Assembly: GCA_965228885.1 (NCBI GenBank)
Contig: OZ245841.1
Coordinates: forward strand, 1,464,348-1,528,347
DNA: 64,000 nt
Source: Rickettsiales bacterium
GTDB lineage: Bacteria > Pseudomonadota > Alphaproteobacteria > Rickettsiales > CANDYO01
Reading direction: 5' to 3'
A model generated the notes under the pieces. It saw nothing but the letters and a program-made list of their open reading frames with translations. It was not told the origin of the DNA and made no database searches. Position 1 is the stretch's first letter. Each line of letters starts with the position of its first letter. The position numbers and the translations under genes are program-made. Below are positions 33,601-42,372 of the stretch, piece by piece.

Positions 33601-34053
33601 ATTTTATTGTTTTCTCAATTTACCAGCATGCTTGCATTAATTGAAAAACAATTAGATTTGCTTAAAATTCCATATGTGAAGCTAACTGGGCAAACTAAAG
33701 ATCGTGAAAGTCCTATACGTGATTTTCAAGAAGGAAAAGTACCATTATTTTTAATTAGCTTAAAAGCTGGTGGAACTGGACTTAATCTAACTAGTGCTGA
33801 TACTGTTATTCATTATGATCCATGGTGGAATCCTGCTGTTGAGAATCAAGCCACTGACCGAGCTTATAGAATTGGTCAAGATAAACCAGTTTTTGTCTAT
33901 AAATTAATTACTGTCGGTACAGTAGAAGAGAAAATTCTTGAGATGCAAGAGAAAAAACGTAAACTTGCCGATGCACTTTTCAACCCTTCAGAACAATCCA
34001 ACTCGAAACTAACCTCTGAAGATATTCAAACCTTATTTGAGCCGCTTGAATAA
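30697..34053 (+). CDS. SWIM Zn-finger SNF2-family helicase
   Basis: CSC..CKH SWIM; DDMGLGKT, DEAQ, TGTP.EN, GLNLT.AD, WNPA.E.QA.DRAYRIGQ. Confidence 0.93.
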   Translation: MNQKIFMFNDYQYNIEDVKNHVSYTDFARGVAYHSQNRVSNLKAEKNKLAANVQGTRFRPYDVEAQIINEQGKKSFIATCSCPVAFGCKHIVATLLSGIDHFSNVTSIQNISQPQPIKLNYHLSNWIESLSPKAKDNDSGKLLIYIIEGSTKANVAFKVSSLTISVLKKGMFGVSKPYRLDQIHNPAKYVQEDDLMILRFISSLMPYYYGGYNTHDIPVTLDANILLQLLIKTGRCYLPNPYFPEKNLSIGESRKAFISWKAESDGSQSIKIDVDGVSFPIIMPMYPPYYICPNTRTIGMLQTDMPDKQAVALLRAPTISPEQVALVSEKLSSILTNPELMPKALPIRKLEIKPIPHLKLTSIKIQPKKKGWGYSNQDHVEIAAANLYFDYQGKKLNHNDSTQEITSYKNGEVLSIQRDKIFEQGCTELLKHMGMTLRLGDVDDYYNTKQEHKNIITIGNIQEEFHKEANLSTSWTKFTKESIPKLKEMEWQIKMDKVFPYNIVEVDDEWYANIDEGSEIDWFSVELGVTVEGQHFNLVPILLDLLKNNKDFSAKESLFIPMKDGRKLSIPSDRAQILLNTLEHIFSFQNLSNKNNKLNLQKLDAALIAEIETAAESLNMRWFGGDKIRSLGKRLKEFTEISSSNITKNFKGELRHYQQDGLNWLQFLREFELAGILADDMGLGKTVQVLAHIAKEKEEGRLESPILVVAPTSLMVNWRMEAERFVPDLKVITLHGANRKKHFNEIKQYDLVLTTYPLLARDKDNLLNYKYHTVILDEAQIIKNTRAKVTQIANQLKSQHRLCLTGTPLENHLGELWSLFNFLLPGYLGTQQQFGTLFRNPIEKNGDATKGQILLKRIKPFILRRTKQQVVTELPPKTEMIRKIELEGVQRDLYETIRVSMHKKILKEIKARGMDKSHIIILDALLKLRQVCCDPALLKMNIAKNITESAKCNELMNMIPAMIEEGRKILLFSQFTSMLALIEKQLDLLKIPYVKLTGQTKDRESPIRDFQEGKVPLFLISLKAGGTGLNLTSADTVIHYDPWWNPAVENQATDRAYRIGQDKPVFVYKLITVGTVEEKILEMQEKKRKLADALFNPSEQSNSKLTSEDIQTLFEPLE

Positions 34054-34371
34054 TTTTAGAGTAATGCGCAATATTCGAAACTGAAGTTCAAGCGCCACTT
34101 ATGGCTATTGCTAATGAAATTGTAATTTCAGTAACATAACTTGAAGATAAGTTTTGAATAAAGAATCTTACGGCAGAGCCGATTCGCGCGACCACACCAT
34201 TGCATCAATATGAGTTTTAAAGAGGTCCCTATAGACTAATGAGTTTGAGACTATATATACGATCTATATATCTAAATTGTAGAAGTGTCAGACAATGTAT
34301 AGACAAATTTGTAGATACTTCTATATTAAAGGAGTTGAGAGCTATATAACTTGTATATACTAAAACATCTC

Positions 34372-35124
34372 CTAAAGAATAAAACTAGATTGATTAAATT
34401 TATTTGAAATTGCCTCAAATAATTGACTCTTACTATTAACCTCTAACTTAAGTTTTATATGACTTATATGCACTTCCACAGTTTTAGGAGCAATATTTAA
34501 AGTACGAGCTATCTCTTTTGCTGTTTTTCCCATTATTATTAAACGGGCACATTCAATTTCTCTATATGTAAGAAAGTTCTCTTTGAGGCTACATGAAATA
34601 TCAATTGATATTAAAGCTTTTTTGAAAAAAAATAAATCATTTCTCTCTATTAATAAATTACTACAAAAATCTATAACATTCTCAAGTTTAATTATATTAG
34701 TGAAACAAAAATCATGAAATTGTGGTATGTCGGCTTGTCCTATAAAAGCCCACATTTCTACATAATCTTTTTGTCTCTTGTATATATCAAAACCTTGGTC
34801 AAGTTTATGGCTGTGATTAAATTCTAGTAAAGAATCTAGCTTATTGTAACTCCAAGCACAATATACACTAGAAACAGATGATATAGCTTTTGTAAGTTTT
34901 TCTTGGAACAAGGTGTTATCAAAATAAGAAAAATTTAATAACCAGTTATTTAAGTATTGTTCATTTGTTGTTAGCATAGTTACATAATTATCTTTATATA
35001 TCCTGAAATAAAATAGATCTTTACCTAAAACTATATCTTTAATTGGTTTGCAAATTTCTAAAAATGAATAAGCTAAATTATTAGCATTATAATGCTGTAA
35101 GTATTGTTCATTATTATGTTTCAT
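34372..35124 (-). CDS. LuxR-type HTH regulator, array paralog 4
   Basis: LTYREIEC..GKTAKEIARTLNIAPKTVEVH. Confidence 0.85.
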   Translation of the reverse strand: MKHNNEQYLQHYNANNLAYSFLEICKPIKDIVLGKDLFYFRIYKDNYVTMLTTNEQYLNNWLLNFSYFDNTLFQEKLTKAISSVSSVYCAWSYNKLDSLLEFNHSHKLDQGFDIYKRQKDYVEMWAFIGQADIPQFHDFCFTNIIKLENVIDFCSNLLIERNDLFFFKKALISIDISCSLKENFLTYREIECARLIIMGKTAKEIARTLNIAPKTVEVHISHIKLKLEVNSKSQLFEAISNKFNQSSFIL

Positions 35125-35143
35125 ATATATTCTCCTACCATTC

Positions 35144-35875
35144 TTATAAAGAATCCTTATATAAATTAATTAAGTTATGCTTATAACTACATCCTGTTTT
35201 TTGTTTAATGTTATTTATATAAACCTCAACAGTTCTTGAAGATAAATTTAAATCTCTAGCTATTTCTTTTGTGGTCTTACCTAATATGATTAATCTTGTA
35301 CATTCTACTTCTCTATAAGTAAGAAAATTTTTGTTAAAAGAAGAAGCAAGGTTAAGTGGGATGAAAGCTTTTTTCTCTAAGAATAAACTTCCCTGTTGAG
35401 TTATAGGAGTACTACATAAATCAATTAAATCATTAAGTTTATTGATGTTGTTGATACAAAAGTCATGAAATAATGGTTGATTGGTTTTACCTATAAAACT
35501 CCATAATTCCACGTGATCCTTTTGTCTTCTATATATATCGAATCCTTGATCCATTGCATAAGAGTGATCAAATTCTAATAATGCATCCTGCTTTACATAT
35601 TCCCATACACAATATACATCGATAACAGAATTTATTGCTTGTTTTATTTTATCTCTAAATAATGTCAAATCATAATTGCTAAACATCATTAACCAATTAT
35701 TCATCCAAGAACTTGCTGTCGTTAAGATAATCATAGTATCATCTGGGTATATCCTCATATATGAAACCTCTTTAAAGTTTAGCTCTTTAAGAAAAGTAGA
35801 GCATATTTCAGAGAATAATCTAGATAAATCAGAAGAGTGATAAAATTGCAAAAATTGATCATTATTGAGTTTCAT
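35144..35875 (-). CDS. LuxR-type HTH regulator, array paralog 3
   Basis: LTYREVEC..GKTTKEIARDLNLSSRTVE; ATG 35875 after AGGAGA. Confidence 0.85.
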   Translation of the reverse strand: MKLNNDQFLQFYHSSDLSRLFSEICSTFLKELNFKEVSYMRIYPDDTMIILTTASSWMNNWLMMFSNYDLTLFRDKIKQAINSVIDVYCVWEYVKQDALLEFDHSYAMDQGFDIYRRQKDHVELWSFIGKTNQPLFHDFCINNINKLNDLIDLCSTPITQQGSLFLEKKAFIPLNLASSFNKNFLTYREVECTRLIILGKTTKEIARDLNLSSRTVEVYINNIKQKTGCSYKHNLINLYKDSL

Positions 35876-35894
35876 ATGCTTTTCTCCTATAAAA

Positions 35895-36626
35895 TCAATA
35901 AACACCCTGATAAAATTTGATTAAGTCATGCTTATAATGACATCCTGTTTTTTGTTTTATATTATTTATATAAACTTCCACCGTTTTTGGCGATATATTT
36001 AAACCTCTAGCTATTTCTTTTGTAGTTTTGCCTAGTATGAGTAGTCTTGCGCATTCCGTTTCTCTTACCGTAAGCAAAACTTTACTAAAATTTGAACTAA
36101 GGTCTATAGGAATATTTGCCCTTTTATAAAAAAACAAATCCTTATTATGATTTAATTGCTTAGTACATAACTCTATTATTTCTTTAATTTTGCATAAATT
36201 ATTAATACAAAAATCATGAAATAAAGGTATTTCAGCGCTACCAGAAAAAGCCCACATTTCTACAAAGTCTTTTTTTCTTGTATATATATCAAAGCCTTGA
36301 TCTATTCTATATCGATGATTGAACTCTAATAATGGATCGTGTTTGTTGTAACTCCAAGCTCCATAAATATTATTAACTGAAGGGATAGATTTTTTTATTT
36401 TATCCTGAAAAAAAGTGTCGTTAAAATCATTAAAATAACTTAACCAGTTATTTATCCATTCTTTGTTTGTAGTAATGCTATAGATAGAGCCATCTTTGTA
36501 TACTCTACTATAATATATATCCTTTTTGAACATCATATTCTTAAGAGGTTTAACAATCTCTAAAAATGAATTGGATAAATTATTAGAATTATAATATTGT
36601 AAATATTCTTCATTTTTCTTTTCCAT
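35895..36626 (-). CDS. LuxR-type HTH regulator, array paralog 2
   Basis: LTVRETEC..GKTTKEIARGLNISPKTVE. Confidence 0.85.
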   Translation of the reverse strand: MEKKNEEYLQYYNSNNLSNSFLEIVKPLKNMMFKKDIYYSRVYKDGSIYSITTNKEWINNWLSYFNDFNDTFFQDKIKKSIPSVNNIYGAWSYNKHDPLLEFNHRYRIDQGFDIYTRKKDFVEMWAFSGSAEIPLFHDFCINNLCKIKEIIELCTKQLNHNKDLFFYKRANIPIDLSSNFSKVLLTVRETECARLLILGKTTKEIARGLNISPKTVEVYINNIKQKTGCHYKHDLIKFYQGVY

Positions 36627-36660
36627 AATATACCCCATAAAATAAAGGTTCTTATTTTTG

Positions 36661-37467
36661 TTATTTATATATCAAAAACATTTTTTTATTCTCATGATAA
36701 ATTTTTGCTAAATCGGATTTAGAGTAATGACCTATTTTACTCCTAATATTATTTATGTGTGTTTCTACAGTCTTTTCTGAAATTGATAACTCTTTCGCTA
36801 TACATTTATAAGTCAACCCTTTAGCTAGACCGGAAATGCACTTAGATTCTTTATTAGTAAATTTTTTTACTTTATTCTCTTTCATAAAATATAAATCTTG
36901 TTCTAGTGAGGGGGCATTTAATTTAAGGTTGTTTTCTTGACATGTTAAGTCTTTTATTTCTTTAAAATGCCCTAGTACATCTTCGTCTAGAGGAGTTAAT
37001 ATTCGTTGGGCTTTACTCCTAATATATAAAATAAACTCTTCTACAAACTTGGTATTATTTATAATAAAATTTGGTATTTGAGTATCTGAAATATCTCCTG
37101 CAAATGCAAAAGATTCTACAAAGTCATTTTCTCTATAATATATGGTTATACCATTCCAGATATTAAAAGAATGAAGTGCAGAAATTATAAAATCATTTGA
37201 TACTTGTGGCCATAAAAAATAAGTAAATTTTTTATGTATAGATTTTTGTATTGCTGTACTAAATACTGTTCCAAGATCTTTAATATTCACAAAATAGAAA
37301 TCTTGCCATTTGTGATGGTTACATAAGGCTAAATATTGACCATTTATAAAAAATTTTCTATAACCAAAAATTTTTATACCGCATTGGGAACATAAAGGCT
37401 CACAAAGCTTGTACAACTTTTCCGCATTTTCTTTATTATATTGAATAGAAAGTAGTTTATCACTCAT
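36661..37467 (-). CDS. LuxR-type HTH regulator, array paralog 1
   Basis: FTNKESKC..GLTYKCIAKELSISEKTVETH; GAGG RBS before ATG 37467. Confidence 0.85.
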   Translation of the reverse strand: MSDKLLSIQYNKENAEKLYKLCEPLCSQCGIKIFGYRKFFINGQYLALCNHHKWQDFYFVNIKDLGTVFSTAIQKSIHKKFTYFLWPQVSNDFIISALHSFNIWNGITIYYRENDFVESFAFAGDISDTQIPNFIINNTKFVEEFILYIRSKAQRILTPLDEDVLGHFKEIKDLTCQENNLKLNAPSLEQDLYFMKENKVKKFTNKESKCISGLAKGLTYKCIAKELSISEKTVETHINNIRSKIGHYSKSDLAKIYHENKKMFLIYK

Positions 37468-37729
37468 AGCAAACCTCTTTTTCATTAATTCTAATTAATC
37501 TTATTATAAAAATCTATAAGGGAAAAATACCTAGAAAAAACTTTTATTTTGAATCTTAAGTTTATCTCCGTATTTTTTACTTAGAGGTATTCACTCTAAG
37601 TATTCTTTCAGAATTATTTCTTCTCAAAATATATATTAAAAATATTTACATAAGGTAGTTAAACTCACACAAAGAAAAAACTGAAGTCTACCTTATTAAA
37701 TAACAACATATAATATATAGGAGGAAAAT

Positions 37730-38005
37730 ATGTGTTTAGATATTGTTTATAAATTAGTTTCAAGTCCAGTTGGAGGAACTTTAGATTATATAAATCAAGG
37801 TACTCTCAGAGCGGATAGTATTAATTACATTAGAAATAAGTCTCCAATAGAACATGCCGCTTGCGGAGCACTTGCTGGATATTTAGCTTACAAAGCTTAC
37901 CAAGATTACGTATTGAATAATGATTATTCTAACTTTCATCATTTAAGAGGATCAGATCATAATAATACTATTGTTGGAGAGGTAAATGACAGTATTAGTG
38001 ATTAG
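37730..38005 (+). CDS. small hypothetical protein divergent from the LuxR array
   Basis: AGGAGG RBS, 91 aa, followed by a strong hairpin. Confidence 0.7.
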   Translation: MCLDIVYKLVSSPVGGTLDYINQGTLRADSINYIRNKSPIEHAACGALAGYLAYKAYQDYVLNNDYSNFHHLRGSDHNNTIVGEVNDSISD

Positions 38006-38022
38006 GGTCTTAGTTCTTCATT

Positions 38023-38064
38023 ATAGCTACTCTATCTTTATACCCAAAGAAGTAGAGTAGCTAT
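38023..38064. terminator. hairpin between convergent genes
   Basis: ATAGCTACTCTA...TAGAGTAGCTAT. Confidence 0.65.
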
Positions 38065-38715
38065 TATTTATTTCTTATATGTGTAATCGATTAAAAGTGA
38101 TAAAATTAAATTTCTATTTCATCTTTAAAAAATTTTATTAATTCACTTTTAAAGTGAGTATTAGATTTAAGCTTGATATTATTTAAATTTTGCTCTACTG
38201 TTCTTGGTTTTACATTTATCTCAATAGCAATTTCTTTCATAGATAATCCATTAGAAAATTTTGATAAAATCTCAAATTCTCTTTTTGTAAGGTAAACTTT
38301 ATTATTCTTTCTTGAATAATATTTCTTCACTGGAAATAATATATTAGAATCGTCCAAATTTCCTTGAATGATATTGCTACTAGTATAAAATTCGTATTTT
38401 CTAATTTCTAAAGTAGGTAAAGTCATAAAAACTTGTTTTTCAGCTACTAATAATTCTTCGTGAAACTGCTCTTTGAAATAAGAAATAAATTCTTTTAGAA
38501 TTTTTAGGTTATTAGAGTAAAATTCTAAAATTTTATCGTTATTTCTTGAAGAAGAAAACCCATATACTTCGAAATATACGTCATATCTTGCATATAGCGT
38601 AATTCCATTCCAAATATCGTGCTCATACATTAATTTAAACATATCGTTAGATTTAATGGATGACCATGGCATACTTTTTAAATCCATATTAGCTTCTGCA
38701 CTTAAAACATAACTA

Positions 38716-39670
38716 TAGTGTTTCCTCTTTATAATTAGACCTGAAAAGCATAATCTACAGCGTCATTGAAATTTTCAAATTTGTGTTTATATTTTCTAAA
38801 TTTTCTCTTTAATACAGCCCATTGATTTTCAATTGGATTTAAGTCTGGAGAATATGCTGGTTGATATAGTAGACTGCAACCAACTGATTCTATAAGCTCT
38901 TTTGTTCTGGGTGATTTATGGAAGGCAGCGTTATCCATAATAACAACTTGACCTTCTTTAAGTTCTGGAAGTAGATATCTTTCAAGCCATATATTGAATC
39001 TTTGTGAATCAGTATAACCTGTAAAAACATAAGGAGCGATCATCTCTTTTTTCTTAGATAACCAAGCTGCTATAATTGAAATTCTTCCATATTTTCTCCC
39101 ATGAATCTCGGATATTACTTGCTCTCCACGTGGTGATCTGGCATAATCACGTTGGAGGAATTCATCAATTCCAGACTCATCAAGCCAAACTAACTTAGCA
39201 GGATCGATTTGCTCTATCTTGGATAGAAATTCTTGTCTTCTTTCTTCATTTCGTTCCGCGTACAATGTTGTTTTTTTTACGAGTGATACCAAACTTTTTA
39301 CAGCGTTTATGAATCGACTGAGGCCAACAATCGAATTGTTCAGAGAGTTCTTCTAATGTTGCGTCTGGAGTTTTATTAATAGCGGCTACTAGAAGATCCG
39401 AATCTATCTTACGAACCTTATATGCCTTGCGAGGAGAATCAGAAATTTTTCCTGTTAACTTAATATTCTTTATCCATGAAGCAATACTACCCTTACTAAT
39501 AGAAAATACTTTGCAGGCCTTATCCCAAGACATACCTTTAGAAATATTTTCTAGAACACATTTTCTAAAATCAGTGCTGTAACTCATAAAAACTCCTGTT
39601 TTAATAATTATATAAACAAGTATTATTATGGCAGAGCAGAAATTAGTTTATTTATAAAGAGGAAATACTA
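38716..39670 (-). mobile_element. IS630-family element
   Basis: IRs TAGTGTTTCCTCTTTATAA / TTATAAAGAGGAAATACTA; TA duplication. Confidence 0.92.
38735..39587 (-). CDS. IS630 transposase (two ORFs, probable -1 frameshift at A8)
   Basis: HTH ORF 39246-39587; DDE ORF with DESG, MDNAAFH, YSPDLNPIE; A8 run at 39271-39278. Confidence 0.9.
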
Positions 39671-40092
39671 TATATAAATCTAAATTATTATATAGATTTT
39701 TGATAAAAGCTACGTTAAGCCAATTTTCATTACTACAAAAGTGGATCTTTTTTCCTTGGTTTGTAATTTTCATGTAAGAAAAAGTTTTGATACCATAAGC
39801 TTCATCTAGAGGTTTACAAAATTGCCTTAATTTTCTAGATTGAAGTAAACTATACTCTTTGAACTCTAAAATTTTATTGGTATTTAGTAACATAAGTATT
39901 ACCTTTTTATACTAAAATGTCCCTTTATATATAATTAATGAAGTAAAATTTATTTATTTCTTTGTAGTACCTTCCTTTATAATTATGTAGTAGTTTTAAA
40001 TTTTTGCCATAATATACCAAAAACTTACTTTATTTTTAGTTATATATTAATTTTCAAGCAAGATAAAGCTTAATATCTTAATATGAAAGATT

Positions 40093-40898
40093 GGGAGTGT
40101 TCATAAATAGATAGAAAGTGATAAATCTTGATTATAAAACATCAAAACTGTCAATCTTAACATCTCTGCGCATTTGCTAAATCTCTTGGTTTTCCTATTA
40201 AGTCTAGCAAGCATATCTCTAAGGCTAGAATTAAAACTCTCTACCAGACAAGTTTCTGATTTACTAGCAATGTGATGATTAGCTATCTTATAATATCTGT
40301 ACGCTTCATATTTATCAGTGCACATATAATTTATTTCATATTTATTCTCTAATTCCATAGCAATTTCCAAGTAACTACTTATTGTCCCATCGCCTATTTT
40401 AAATGCAACATTTTTGAATCCGTCCCTATCAACAGCAGTCCATACTCGTGTTTTGTTTTCTTTTTTTTGATATAAGTATAAAGCTCATCCATTTCGAGTA
40501 TCTCTATAGTTCCTTTTTCATGATCTCTACTTTTAACCATTTCATCAACTATTTTGCCAGCTTTTTTAATCCAAGAAAACACAGTAGAAAGAGGAATACT
40601 CAATATTGCAGATATTCTTCTAAAACCGCAATTATTCAAGTACATCTTAATAACCATATTTCTTGTATCATTATTATATTTTTGGGCTCCTCTTCTATCG
40701 CCAGAAATAAAATTTTTATAGCACTTGCTACAACGATAGCGTTGCATAGACCTCACTAAACCATTCTTTACAATACTTCCATTTCCACAAAATTTACATT
40801 TAATTTGTTCCATAATATTAGTTTTTTAAGTTATACACTAGTAAAACTAAATTATAGAGCATTATTCTTAACTTGTCTATCTATTTATAAACACTCCC
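40093..40898 (-). mobile_element. IS1-family element
   Basis: IR GGGAGTGTTYATAAATAGATAG; 8-bp target duplication GAAAGATT. Confidence 0.9.
40101..40813 (-). CDS. IS1-family transposase (InsA/InsB, probable -1 frameshift)
   Basis: CxxC..QRYRCxxC Zn ribbon, HTH, EMDE, A8 at 40461-40468, TD.Y, VESFNSSLR. Confidence 0.88.
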
Positions 40899-40904
40899 GA
40901 AAGA

Positions 40905-41731
40905 TTGATTCAAAGGTTAAAGCATGTTAGGATATTTTTGATTAGAATGAAAAATGGGGTTTTAATTACTATATCTTTCATAAATGATTTTTTAGCAGAT
41001 GAGAAGGATTTTAATCGTAAATTAAAAGCAGACGAATATTTAAGTCCTCATGAATTTCCTAATGCAAAAATAGAAAAAATAGGTTTTTTAGGAAAGGGTA
41101 CCATAAGGCCAGATGAAAAAGCCTGCGAAACATACACTTGTATTGCAGTGTCTGGACCAATATTTTTATTTGACCCCATTACAGGAAAGTCTGCAGGAGA
41201 AATTAAGATATCTCCATCTTCACTGCCATTATATCAAAACACGTGGGATATGTGTAATTCTGGTAAATATAAGTGCATAATAAATGAACATTTTGGAGCT
41301 ACATACAATTGTATAGGTTGGGCGCTTGGAATCAGTAAGTGGCTAAATCCATCTGAAATTAACTCATATATAAATATAGGCCTTAGTAAAGAAGAGGCAT
41401 TAAAAAAATTCATTGAAGTAAAAAGGTCTGTTTATCACAATGAGCATATTAATAATTTTGATAAAATAATTGATAAATTTAATTATATACATCCAGACTT
41501 ACAAAGTAAGCCTCTTAACAATACTATATCTTTTTATTTTAAAGACGGGAAATGCACACACGGAGCAAGATTTTTAAATACTTTTATGGATAAACCATTA
41601 GACTCCTGGACTTCGGTAGCAATTTAATAAGTCATACTGCATCAGATTTAACGGGTAATAATTCAATTTATGGGAATGAATTGCATTATGTTAGTATAAT
41701 TGGTGCCCATGATACAAATGACGAATTTTAA
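40905..41731 (+). pseudogene. papain-like YNC..WALG/H protein, frameshifted near C-terminus
   Basis: YNCIGWALG, THGAR, WTS then shifted frame GSNLISHTASDLTGNNSIYG..IIGAHDTNDEF. Confidence 0.55.
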
Positions 41732-41748
41732 TCTATTGGAGGTGAATT

Positions 41749-42282
41749 ATGACATCTAGAGTTAACAACGAACGTGCATCAAATGATTTGTTTGGCTATA
41801 TTGGTAGTGTTTCAGATTACGTTACAATGAATAATTTTCAGAATCGTTATAAATCTCTAATACATGAGTATTTTAGCAAACCAGAATCCCGTCTATTATC
41901 TGAAATTGACGTAAGTAATTTAGAAACATATAAAAGTTGGACAATGACAGCTTTGCAAGAAAAAAACAAAATATACCCTTTGTTGATATCTAAAATTTTA
42001 CAAGGGGATATTTTTGCTCTTAATATTTATGATAATTTACATCAAGTTGATGGTAAATCTCAGCTAATTTTAAGTTATTCTAAAATTCATTCAGATCCTC
42101 TGTTAATGGAAAAATTTAATGCATATGGAAGCTCAGAGGATGCAAGAGCCATTTTAACGGCTGAATATTGGTTAAAAAGCCAAGAAGCAGTCGAACTAAT
42201 GGGACAGAATTCTGAGGGCCTAGAGAATTTATGTTCATTAACAGGTATGTTACATCTAAATAATGAATATATTATTTGCTAA
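41749..42282 (+). CDS. hypothetical protein
   Basis: GGAGGTG RBS; 177 aa; follows the previous gene by 17 bp. Confidence 0.7.
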   Translation: MTSRVNNERASNDLFGYIGSVSDYVTMNNFQNRYKSLIHEYFSKPESRLLSEIDVSNLETYKSWTMTALQEKNKIYPLLISKILQGDIFALNIYDNLHQVDGKSQLILSYSKIHSDPLLMEKFNAYGSSEDARAILTAEYWLKSQEAVELMGQNSEGLENLCSLTGMLHLNNEYIIC

Positions 42283-42372
42283 ATGATATAAATTTAGGAA
42301 AAGTAAATGCTCTTAACTTTTATTCGTTTGTATATAACGTATAGAACCTAAGTTGTCATAATTTTTAAGGTA

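Larger units (their letters stand above)
38106..39893 (-). pseudogene. LuxR-type regulator interrupted by IS630
   Basis: Removing the IS and one TA gives one frame ..NNLDLY-SYVLSAEANMDLKSM.., 276 aa. Confidence 0.88.

Noticed and set aside
34054-34371. TAGACA-like short repeats and a GC patch after SNF2
   Set aside because: Too degenerate to assign; no consistent spacing or recognisable frame
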